DNA of 64,000 bases, taken from positions 68,760,001-68,824,000 of the forward strand of contig CM052816.1 in the NCBI GenBank assembly GCA_028534125.1, given 5' to 3'. The notes under the pieces are model-generated. The model searched no databases. It was not told the origin of the DNA and saw only the letters and a list, made by a program, of their open reading frames with translations. A program made the position numbers and the translations under genes. The DNA is from Lama glama (Eukaryota). Positions 1 to 11,470 of this stretch are shown piece after piece (within the stretch, counting starts at the first letter, position 1; each line of letters begins with the position of its first letter).

Positions 1-795
1 CAAGCACTGCACACTTTACAGTGGCAGGAGTCAGACCTGTGAAAACCACCTTTGTGGGGGAACAGAGGGCAGAGCTGCTTTGCATTTAGCCACTTGATGT
101 GCTTAGTGAACCCAAATTCCAAATTCACTCAATTATTCAGGAAAAGACACATGGAATGAGACTGTCCTTTTTTCTGTACAGTAAGGAATATACCAGAACA
201 CTTCCCAGCACTGTCATATTGAGGCCAAAACCCCACATTGTTTATATCACTGCCTGTTACGACATTTCTGTGTAAATTACTACAGTGGGGCCCTAAGTAG
301 TTTTCAGTGTCCGTGCTTCAGCTTGACTCCCCGCTCCAGTCACAAAATGCCTCGTATCTGGCCCCCCCCCACCAAATTCTGTCTTACTCAGATGCTCTGA
401 TGCCACCTCCTTTTCTCAGGATTCGTATGATCCCTCATCTGGCATTGACCATACACTACCTAGCACTGTTGATACTTCATGAAGATGTTTCCCAAAGTGT
501 GGATTAATGCTGAGCATTGGGAAATGGCCCATAAACTACATGAATCCTGCCTAATTTTAACGTGGGATTTGAGATTTAAATTTAGGAACTCTGTGACTCC
601 TAAAGATGGTGACATTAAAGTCTAGAGAAGACAAAACTGAGGCCTGCCGTACAGTACTCTCTTCTGGCCAGGTCTCTCATCAAATGAAGGTGGAATAATC
701 CGTTGGTTTACCTGGCTTGGTTTTAGAAGTGATGTTTCAAAATAAGTAGACCAAGGTATATTTCTGTGTTGAGCATACTGTTGTCAGTCTAGTTC

Positions 796-910
796 AGGGG
801 TTGGCAGATTTTTTCAGTCACAGGTCAGATAGTATTTAGGCTTTGTAAGCCAGATGCAATCTCAGTCTCACTGTCTTTTTTTCAAATAACCGTATAAAAA
901 TGTGAAAACG
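796..910. mobile_element. hAT-Charlie MER58-like DNA transposon fragment
   Basis: Starts CAGGGGTTGGCAGATTTTTT...GGTCAGATAGTATTTAGGCTTTGTAAGCCA, resembling the MER58 terminus as I recall it. Confidence 0.55.
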
Positions 911-970
911 ATCTGTTGACTCTAAATGAAAATGGGGGGGGAGCCCCCTTATCTTAAAATGAGTAGAGTA

Positions 971-1437
971 CAGGTAGACCTCATTTTATTGTGCTTCATT
1001 TTATCACGCTTCACAGATAGTGTGTTTTTTGCAAATTGAAAGTTTGTGGTAACCCTGGACCAGGCAAATCTATCAGCACCATTTTTCCAACAGTGCTTGC
1101 TCACTTTGTGTCTGTCACATTTTGGTAATTCTCAAAATATTTCAGACTTTTTCATTATTATATTTATTATGGTGATCTGTGATCTTTTTGATGTTACTGT
1201 TGCAAAAAGATTACAACGTGCTGAAGGCTCAGATGACTGTTAACATTTTTTAACAATAAAGTATTTTTAAATTAAGGTATGTACATTTTTTAAGACAAAA
1301 TGCTATCGCCTACAGTATAGCATAAGCACAATTTGCATATGCACTAGGAAACCAGAAAATTCACGTGACTCTATTGCGATATTCACTTTATTGCAGTGAT
1401 CGGGAACAGAACCTGCACTGTCTCCAACGTATGTCTG
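971..1437 (+). mobile_element. Tigger1 internal-deletion derivative (Tigger1a-like, TcMar)
   Basis: Ends CAGGTAGACCTCATTTTATTGTGCTT... and ...CTCCAACGTATGTCTG match the Tigger1 termini, with TA on both sides (969-970, 1438-1439). Confidence 0.85.
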
Positions 1438-3409
1438 TATTAAGAGACTTCATAGCACTTTGTAGATGAGTGTTGCAAAGTCTGTCAGGAAAGGCAAAAT
1501 AAAAATAAGACAGCTTCAAAAAATATCTTGTTCAACAATTAGATTTTAAAAATGGGATTGTACAACTAGATCCTTAAATGGAAGCTGAATGTTTGTTCAG
1601 AAGTTTTATGAAAAAAAAGTTATGTCCTACCCTTTGGTGATAGTAAAACAAGGGAAGAATGCCTAAGTACTGTCATAGACATTGAATTTCCTTATTTTTT
1701 TTAAAAAAAAGTAAATATAATTTTTATACTAAAGGAAAAATATGTACACATAATTTTTTCCCAACATGGCCCTGTGCAGTAAGTCCTGTTGATCTTGACC
1801 AGGTCTTCTCTGTGCACATAAAACTATCGTGAGGCGCTTCATGAAGTGATACACAAGTGTTAGGTTCTGTGTTTGGGCGAGGGCCTCTCTGCACTTGGCA
1901 GTGAAGCATTTCCTGCCAGCCTCGTGGAGCTTCTTCCTACAACCCTCCTCTCTGAGCTTGTGTATCTAGTTATTTTGAACAAATTGACTCCTTCTGTCCT
2001 TCTTGCCCAAAGGAATAAAAAAAAATTACCTTTATGAACCTCTAATAATATTTCAGCTAAGAAGCTTTTATTTCTTTAAAAGCATCAGGCATAGTGGCTT
2101 ATTTTCAACCCGTTTTTGGTAGGTTTTACTTTGCTAGGAGAGCTTGGACACTTACCCTGCATTGAGCAGTAGGGTTTATGTGGGGCTTTCCTGACCAGAA
2201 GCCCTATCTGGAGGAGGTGGCTCAGTTTGCTCTTCTTGGAGGTAAAACAACCCCTGAAACCTCCCTTTTCACAGGGCCCAGTAGTGGTGCCTGGAGGATA
2301 CTGGTTGAGCTGTAAGGCTAGTTCTCCAAACTAGTTTCTCTTTCTGAAACCGAGCTATGCTGTCAGTGGTTGTACCTGATTTGCTTGAGCTCATGGTTTG
2401 ACTCGTTGGTCAGATTCAAGACAGGGAGGGACAGACAGGCCTCACTGCAGTTTCCTTTGAGGCCTTGAGGTTGTATTCCTTCTCCCTATCATGTCCTCCT
2501 GTGGTATCTGTCTACTCTGCCGCTTTTAATAGGTGAAAATGGGGGGAGGGAGGAGTGTAAAGGTTAGTGAAGCATATGCTGTATTTTCATTTTTCCTGTT
2601 AACTCTTCTTCATTCTCAGTTTGTCTCTTGCAAATGCAAGGCCTCCTGCGTTTTCCTGGATGTTATAGCAGGGCTGACACTAGTGACAGGCTCAGGGGTT
2701 CTTTTTATAAACATGATTGTCCTCTTAAACGTTTCAGAACAGTGCTCAAATTTGTGAGGGAGGTAGGCATACGAGGTCATCCTTTCTAATAAGCAAGCAC
2801 TTTCTGGTTTGGGTACCTAACTGGGGATTCTCCCCCATCCACTCTGTCCTGGGCTAACTAACCCTTGTATTAATTCCCTTTGCTTCCCCTCTTGAAAACT
2901 CAGTTATCACTGCAAATCCACCTCAGTGTAAATCCCTAAATTAGACGCTCTTTTTTACCTGCAGCTTTACCTCAACCAAGAAATCTTCCACTGGTTGGTG
3001 ACTGGGCTTCTGTTTGCCCTAGTTACAAAACCTGCCAGCTGCATTTGGAGCCCTTTGTTCCTTTTGCTTGCTGTCATGCACTGGGGCTTCATAAAGCCTG
3101 TACTAACATAGTGTGAAGCCTTTGCTTCTGGGGAGCACCTCAGTGAAGAGCTGCAGGTTACTGCTTCTGTTCTGCCTTCTCCACCCTGTTTTTTATTTCT
3201 AGTTGTGAACTTCCTACTTTGGAGCTTCTTGCTTCACCAGAAAGTTGGATGTTAGAATTGGAAGGGATCCAGAGGTTAGAATTTCTCATCAAGCAGTTAC
3301 CCTACTCCCTCTACCCCCATCCCCCATCAAATACCCATTAGACAAGTCAGTGAACTAGGACAAAGTGAAGCGCGGTCAGAGAAGAATCTTATAACTAGCC
3401 TGGGACAGC

Positions 3410-3416
3410 GAGAGAG

Positions 3417-3461
<45 letters not shown>
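3410..3461. repeat. (GA)n microsatellite
   Basis: About 50 nt of GA repeats with one interruption. Confidence 0.95.
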
Positions 3462-3464
<3 letters not shown>

Positions 3465-6400
3465 TATGATTTAGGGGCTCACATCCTTGTACTGTTTGTA
3501 GAAAAAAGTCATAGAAGTAAATCCCATGCCCCAGTTCTCTTGTCATTGTTCCTTCAGTGGACATTCAGTATGTTCGTTCTGATGTGAGATTTAATTTTTC
3601 TAACTTTTTCTCACTGTTTGAATGCAGGTATATAAAGTTTTCCTTCTCATTTGAAACTTGCCTTTTAAAAAAGTAACTTTGTATCATTTGAGTCACAGAA
3701 ATCCAAATTAAAAAGCAAAACAAAACAGGATTTTGGTTAAACATACAGAAGGCTGTTAATAGGCTTTTTGAAATCTTTTGGTTGTAAGCAGCTGACCTGC
3801 TAAGCCCTCCTAGAGGAGAGGATGGTCTAGAGGAAAGGCCCACGTGGGTAAGAACTAGCACACCACTCGGAACTGAGCTCCCTTTCTCCACGTGTCTCTT
3901 TGGCCACCTGGGTTTTTACAGTGTGGCTGCCATTCTGCTCCATTCTTTTCTGTTAAATACCTGTTCTCCTTGTCTAACCTTAGCTTTTGCTTCCTCTTTA
4001 GTTTGCAAGTAGCTGCATGTATCCATTAGGAGCCCTTTCCAAAACTTCTGAAAATAGAGACCCTCCTTCATACTTCAAGTATAAATCCCAGAGGGTAATA
4101 CAGCCCAGCAGATCTCTGGGTCAGGCCTGTCATGTCACCTGCCCAGTGGCCTCAGAAAAGAAGGCAGGGCTGTGTGGTCTAAACAGAGCTACCCTTTCAG
4201 CTCTGTCCGTGGATGGGCAACATCCTCCAGAAAGGGAGTTTGAAAAGTCGTAGACACTGCCAGGGAGCCTGTCTGGTAGCATACACAGTATTGAATATGG
4301 AGTTCTGCTAAGTTCTTTTAAATCTTAAGAGAGAAGCAAGCAAGTACCTGACGCTGAATGAGTCTAGTACATACATGGTTAACATTTGCACGAGTGAGGA
4401 AGGGGAAGAGTGGAAGCTGCAAAGGCAGGACCCTATAGAGCCTTACTATCAGCTCTGGCATTAAAGAATGAGCTGTATCCCTGCATCTGGTTCTAATTCA
4501 CCAGTGCTGAGCAGCATGATACTCAGTTTCTCTGAGACAGGTTGGGAAAGGTGGAAGAATGGAGACTTCTTTATAAAGGAACATATATACATTCCTCTCC
4601 CCTCTCAAGGGACAAGGAATAAAACAAAAAATAAGAAATCCACAAAGTCAGAAGATGAAAAAGGAGATGGTAAGATTTTGGAAAGCAGTTAAAGTGAGTG
4701 GCAGAGGAAGCGAAATCTCTAGTGCCTCTAGAGGGTGGGAGATTAGTGCTGCAGAACCTGAGAACGGCTTAGGACATGGAGCCGCCAGAAAGACAGTGTT
4801 GTGTGCTTTGTTGGACCTGCTTATATAGGAGACTTCTGGCTGGCAACATGGGAGGGGAGTTATCATGGTCCAGAGTTAGGGCATGTCAGCTGTGGAACTC
4901 AGGTGACCCAAAGTTCAAGAAACTCAGTATGTTTACCCCCTTGGGGTCTACTGAAGTGGAAACGTCTTCACAGGGAAGAGCAGGGCTATAGGTGGTGCCC
5001 GGCTTTTGCAGAGCTGCATCAGATATCCTGGACCCGGGGAAACAGAGCAGGCAAATTGGAAGCACACTCAATTAGCCAGCCTCACCGAGTGCAGGATTGT
5101 TCTGTGACCACAGCCTGCACTCAAGCCACGGCCATCAGTCACGGGAGAACCCAGGGTGCAGAGTGGAGCATAAGGTTAGGTCTAATCACAATCGAGGAAC
5201 CCCAGAACCCACTCAGGGAGAAATAATCTCTGGGTCCACAGACATGGGGGAACCATCTATATTTGGGTAGATGTCTAAGAACTAGCTACTTAGAGCAACA
5301 GAGGTTCCACCTAAAGCATACTGCAACTTACTTGATTACTGATCTGTAAGTGAATGCTGTTTTCCCAGGGATGTTGAGGAAGAGATTTGGGCAAAACAAT
5401 ACTTAACATAGGTCTGCAGGCTGCCTTGAGTCAAAGTCAGGGTTCTTTGAAAGGAAAATACTGTTAGAGGGATTTCAGAATCCTAAGTGAGGAAGGACCT
5501 TGAAGGTTCTCTCTCTGAGTTTCTTTTACGTTGGAAGTATAAAATAGGACTAGCTTTAAGTCCATTTTAGAGTTGTTTTTTATTGCTGTCCCCAGTAGGG
5601 ATGGGTGCATTTCTCACTAAGATGTCTGCATTCATGTAAGTATTTGTAATTTCTAGGTATCTATTTTTATAGTCTGAATAACCAACCCATGCCTTTAACT
5701 GTTATCTAGAAAAGTAACTTAATAACCAGAATGGGGACAGCTAAACTTTTGGACAGTAATATACAAAACTTGGCTTCAGCCCCAGTCAAGGAACTATTCT
5801 CCTTAAAATGAATAAAAAGTTTCCAGTTAAAATGGAACTAATGAGGTGACTCTTATCTGGCATGGCTGTGCTATCTAACTGGCTTCAGCTGGCAGATGCC
5901 AACTTTGCTTCAACCAGCACCAGCTATCTTCCCAATTCCAGAATCTTGAGACAAGCCTCTTACTGTTTACTTTTTTATAGCTTCAGCAACAACAAACAGA
6001 AAAGAGGGAGAGTTCTGCAGAAAGCAGGAGCACTTCAGGCAGCTAATGAGTCCAACTCAGTTAAACAGCTGGTATGCTCTTTTAGAATTAGATGCTTATA
6101 CTATAAAGTGCTTGATAAAATTGGACAACCTCTGAGTCTCTGCTGAGAACAGAACACACAGCAGTGCCCAAGGAACTGGGAATGGATTTGCACATCTATT
6201 TTAAGTAGACAGTGTCAATGGGCATAGCCACTAAATTGTTTTCTGAGGACTGCATTTAATTAAGTATATGTCATAAATTTTTGAACAGAATTTTTAAAAT
6301 GAATGTTTAAAAGTGCATTCTTACTGGAAATTAGGGGAGAAAATTTTGTTTTAAGTGAGACCAGATTTACTGAAAGGAAACTGTTCCAAATCCCTTCCCC

Positions 6401-7193
6401 ATTACAGTCTTTTGGGATGCACCCAAAGCCAAAGGCAGGCTGACACACGAAAGAGGAAATTCTCAGGTCTGATTAGTGCATAGAAAAGTCATAGACCTTA
6501 AAGGATACAAGTGCTATTGAAAGAGTAGACTCCTATGCTGGCCCAGGACTAAACTACAAACTGTATTACTTATTTAGGCAGATTATTGTATTTACTTACA
6601 AATACAGATTATTTGTTTAGTCTCAGTTGCTCTGTTAAATAATTTGAAGCTAGAGGAGCTCTCTAGCAAACTGGGTGAATTAAGCACTTAGTTCCAAGAT
6701 AGGCTAGGCCGAAAACATAGTAGCCTGCCCCGGAGTAAGGGCAACCTGTGCTCAGAATGCTACTATCAATGCCAGCTGATCCCAGGATTCTGAACTAATG
6801 ACAACAGTTGCCTTTGAAGCAGAATTATAACTCAGATAGGAAGGGGAGGGAGGAGCTGCCCCTGAAATCCAAGAAAGTCATAAACACAGAAATGCTTGCT
6901 TTGTTTACAGTTTGAAGAATTGTCTAGCAAGATAGATAGGTAATCAGTCCTTCTAAACACAGTTACTAGGGAAATTGTTTTTTTTGGGGGGGGGATTAAC
7001 TTTTAGGTGTTAATGAGTATAAGAATGCTTGCCTATAGCCCTATTCCATATATAATAAAAACATTTATTGATTATTAATATTTAATGACTATTAATCATT
7101 TAAAATATCAACCCTTTAGAGGTATGGTGATACTTAACATAGCCTCTAGTTGGTGTGTTAAATTTTTTTCTTTATTCTTATTTTTTCTATTAG

Positions 7194-7424
<231 letters not shown>

Positions 7425-7913
7425 TAAGTAGGAAAAAATGTCCCAATGAGAAAACTATGCTAAGTAAGGCAGAGAATGTGGCTCAGTAATTGCCACTGGG
7501 TTAAGGACCCCAATGATACTAAAAGTCATTTTAGGATAGACAGCAAAGAAGAGGTAGGTTATGTACTCTTTGCAAAAGTTATAAAAAAAAAAAACTGAGT
7601 TTCTTTTTTAATTGTAAAAATCTCTAGCTATAAAGTTTTCTTTTTGGTATGAACTGAAAGAAAAAAACCCCTAATTTACATGGAGAATGACACTTTCATT
7701 AAGGGCTGGCAGAGTGAAGCTGTTTGTTTGCCCAATACATAATAAAGCAACTCTCAGAATGTCTTAAACAGAAATTCCTGTTAGCCCCTAATTTATTTGT
7801 AACCGTAACCTGAACCCTATAATGTGTATCCTTTTATTTTTGAAACCTGAATATGGTTTTTAAGCTTACTTAAAAGTGCTTGTCCCATTCTAAGTGTCTC
7901 CTGTTCTATATAG

Positions 7914-8045
7914 GCTGTATACGTGTCTGATTTCTTCAAGGAGAGAAATTCTCCTTTTAAAGAAAGAAAAGAGGAGGACTCTCACACAACTCTGCACGAA
8001 ACACCAACGACAGGGAATCATTACCGGAACAGTCACCAACCTTAA
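7914..8045 (+). CDS. PLPP1: Phospholipid phosphatase 1, last coding exon to stop
   Basis: TAG acceptor at 7911-7913. Encodes [43 protein letters not shown] then TAA, the recognisable PLPP1 C-terminus. Confidence 0.97.
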   Translation, partial: AVYVSDFFKERNSPFKERKEEDSHTTLHETPTTGNHYRNSHQP

Positions 8046-8292
8046 AGGTGGTGGAGTGCCCGCAGAAGCTGGCCTGCTTTCTAAAGGAAAATGATGGCAA
8101 CCAGAAAGCAAGAGGATGCGTCTTTCTTCCCGGTGTATAAACCTTTAAGGGACTGCTGCTGCTATACCTCTTGGATGCCCACTTTACCTGTGTGTATATA
8201 GTTAACATTTAACACAACGGTTATCTAATAGCTCAAGTTCATTAAAAACAATTTCAAGCCTTTCACTAAAACAATGCCCCACCTGTACATTT

Positions 8293-8298
8293 TTTATT
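8293..8298 (-). promoter_or_regulatory. Candidate proximal poly(A) signal (AATAAA) for MTREX
   Basis: First AATAAA on the - strand downstream of the MTREX stop codon, about 200 nt after it. Confidence 0.45.
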
Positions 8299-8375
8299 AA
8301 AAAATGTAATGCTTATGTACAAATGTGTATGTAATATGCTTTCTTAGAATGATGCTTGACTTAAATATAATACAT

Positions 8376-8381
8376 ATTAAA
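8376..8381 (+). promoter_or_regulatory. Candidate poly(A) signal (ATTAAA) for PLPP1
   Basis: ATTAAA at the end of an AU-rich 3' UTR with several TGTA motifs upstream. Other ATTAAA hexamers occur at 8241 and 8296. Confidence 0.5.
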
Positions 8382-8500
8382 ATATGTGAGGACAACTGTC
8401 TTGAGATGGGAAAACCAAGTCAGTACTTGTAAACATTTGCTGTCAACTGTAATCAGACAGGTGGTGAACAATTTAAAATCCCACATTCCTTTAGCCGACT

Positions 8501-8553
8501 CTATAAGTAGAGGCTGGCAGCAAACACAATGTCTCTCTTGATTTTGGTGATTC
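8501..8553 (-). CDS. MTREX: MTR4 exosome RNA helicase, last coding exon (exon 27)
   Basis: Acceptor AG at 8555-8554. Encodes (G)ITKIKRDIVFAASLYL then TAG, the conserved Mtr4 C-terminus. Confidence 0.97.
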
Positions 8554-9639
8554 CTATGAGAAAAGAAAACAATTCCTATGAGAAAAAAAACTTAAGACCA
8601 CAAAGAACGTAATTCCCTCCACTAGGGTTTTAAAGACAGCACAACAATGCTGACATAACTGGTGAGAGGGCAGCCTGAAAAACGGAAAACCCTACTGGCC
8701 TGAAAGATACCTTAGAGTTCACAGCCATCTCTGAGAAGCGGGAAACTTAAAAACCAGGTTCCTGTTCTTAGGACTTTTGACTCTAAAGTACCTCATGTGT
8801 GGGGGCTTGGGGGATAGTAGGGTGGAGAGAAGGTAGGGGAAAGGGTGTCTAAAACTATTCAGAAAGACGTGGAAGGACTAAAGCTGTCAAAAGAAGTTAG
8901 TTGACCCAAAGGCATGAATTCTCAACCTACATTGGAAGGCTCTGTATTTCAGTTACCATGTGAAATTCTTTCTGGACTAAGGCAGGACAAATTTTATTTA
9001 GGAAGTTTACATAAATAAATTTAAGCCCAGAGTGATTAAATAGGTCTCCCTCTATTTATTGATGTGAAAATACAAACCAGTTTTTGCAAATCTCTTAGGA
9101 GACTAAGTTGGTAACAGAAATCACTAGGTTTGATTGCAAGCAACCAACTCAGAGCAAGAACATGGCTGCTGTTTTCTTTGATGTGTTTTTAAACTCAGTC
9201 CTTTTTTGTGGCCAACATTCAGGTGGATTGAAATTATTTGCAGGCATGTATGCTTCCATTATTACCACCTTGGTCTGGCTATCCTTTCTGGATCTGGTTT
9301 CCCGCTTCCATCTTGCTAATCTACAGACTTGCCCACAGTGCGCAGCAAGAACTGCCCTATAAAACTCAAGTCAGGGGACACCACACCTGTGCTCAAAACC
9401 TCTGGTCATTTCAGAGGGAAAAATTGGGGGCTACATGACATTTCTTTTCTTCCTCCAACTTCTACTCTTCTCCTTATTGCTCACTCTGCTGCAGCCACAC
9501 TGGGCTTCTTGTTGCTGAAGTATATCAATTATGTACAAAGGGCCTAAATGCCACATTCTGAGTGGGGGCTGTTAGGCCATTGCATCCATCCTCCAATTCC
9601 CTGCGGTCTCTGTTTTTATTGCTATCTCATACATTTTAA

Positions 9640-9786
9640 TTGCTGACTTGTTTAATGTCCACCTCCCAACACTAGAACTTAAGCTCCATCAAGGCAGGAG
9701 TTTGTCCTTTTTGTTCACCGCTGTATTCCCTAGTGCTTATTAACACAATGCCTGGCGCACAATAAGTACAGAATAAATATTTTGAG
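9640..9786 (+). mobile_element. LINE-2 3' end fragment
   Basis: ACTAGAACTTAAGCTCCATCAAGGCAGG...TTGTTCACCGCTGTATTCCCTAGTGC...TGCCTGGCGCACAATAAG...AATAAATATTT is a typical L2 tail. Confidence 0.75.
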
Positions 9787-9977
9787 ATCTTATATAAATT
9801 TATTTACAAACTTTTTTCAACAGACACTGCTATTTTTTTTGAACACTACTAGATGGCCCTCTATGGCAATCCAGTGAAAAGCATCTGAAAATATCCCCCT
9901 AGGTTGTGATCTGGAGCCCAAATCTCAGTAAGATTTGCCTAGATTATTAGAAAAAAACTTATGGGCTGGATACTGAC

Positions 9978-10082
9978 CTTCTGCAAATTTATTTTCCAGC
10001 TCAGTGTTTCCAATGGCTTTTGCTGCTTGACACATTTGTCGAAGTAGTTCTTCCAGGCGCCTCATACAACGAATTATGCTGC
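9978..10082 (-). CDS. MTREX: MTREX exon 26 (105 nt)
   Basis: AG/GT bounded. Encodes (G)SIIRCMRRLEELLRQMCQAAKAIGNTELENKFAE(G). Confidence 0.97.
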
Positions 10083-11049
10083 CTTGTCAGAAAAGGAAAC
10101 AAATCACTTGTAAAATGGAAATAATCAGGAACAGAAGAACTTTTGTTAAAAGGCAAGGAAGGCGACCATGGAATGATTAACTAATAGTACTTTGAGGAAC
10201 TTCTCTTGCAGTAAATCAGCTAGTAAATTTGACAGGCTAATGCTAGGCATCAGGGAGCCTACAAAGACAAAAAAGTTTAATTCCCATCCTTGAGTAATGG
10301 TAGAGAGTGATGGATTTACTGTAACATGTTGACACTTGGTCTTACAGAGGTAAGTAAACAAAATGCCCTGGAAGTACAAGAGATGACATATAACTTGGGT
10401 CTCTTAAGAATGAGGTCTCTGTCAGGCAGTGACAAGGGAAGACCACTGAGGCAATGCAGAAAAGCCCAACAAAGGCAGCTATTCAAGGACCCTGAGTGAG
10501 GCCTACTGAGGCATCTATCTAGATGCTATTCTGTAAAGAGAATGCAACAGATTTTTAAGCAGGGGAATAACAGGATCAGATCTATCATTGTAAAGGTTCA
10601 ATCGTTCATCCTTCATTATTTTGCTTTCAGTTCCATCCTTTCCTTACTGTCACCTCAAGCAGTTTTGTGCATTTTTATCCTATCTCACCCAGGTAACTAT
10701 CTGCTAGTCCAAGTGTTCTCCTTATTCTCAGCTTTGGAAATCATTCTGCCTCATCAATTAGGACTACCTAGACTGAGTGTTAGACAAAAGATACAAAGCC
10801 ATGACCCATCCCCAGGCTATCTGAAGCTGACCAGAAACAGAAATAAACACACTAACAACCTAGTGGTTTGTTACAAACCTTTTTTTCTGGTATTGCCAGA
10901 GTGGAAAGGCAAACTGAATTCTTACTGGTTACTACCTTTTTAAAAAGACTATGGCAAAATACACATAAAATGCACCATTTTAAAACATACACCTCAATGT
11001 CACTGCCCTTTTTTATACTCAGGTTTATATCACCATTCTGGAAGAACTC

Positions 11050-11470
11050 ACTGAGATATAATTCACATAGCATAAAATTCACCCTTTTAATTAAGTGTAC
11101 AGTTCAGTGGTTTTCAGTATTATTTGGAGTACAACCATAATCACTATCTAATTTTAGAATATTATCATCACTCCAAAAGAAATCCATATCCATTAAGCAG
11201 TCATTGTCTCCCCGTTCCTCCTACCCCAGCCCATGGCAACCACACCTCTACTTTCTGTCTGTATGGATTTGCCTATTCTGGACTTCTCACATAAGTGGAA
11301 TCATGCAATAGGTGGCTTTTGTGTCTGTCTTCTTCCACTTAGATCCTAAGTGTGTTCAAAGTTCATCCATATTTTAGCATGAATCAGTACTTCACTCTTC
11401 CTTACAGCTGAATACTATTCCATTATATGGATAAACCATAATTTAACCACTCAGCCACTGATGGACATTC
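11050..11470 (-). mobile_element. Old L1 (L1MB-like) 3' end
   Basis: TGAGATATAATTCACATAGCATAAAATTCACCCTTTT...GGATTTGCCTATTCTGGAC...GATGGACATT is an antisense L1M 3' UTR. Confidence 0.8.

Noticed and set aside
4801..5226. 141-aa + strand ORF in the PLPP1 intron
   Set aside because: It has no ATG start, no recognisable domain and no clear splice context, so it is consistent with chance in a GC-richer patch.
5860..6160. Cluster of E-box, forkhead and NFI half-site motifs suggesting an enhancer
   Set aside because: Short motifs alone are not enough without conservation or chromatin data, and the NFI spacing is not canonical.
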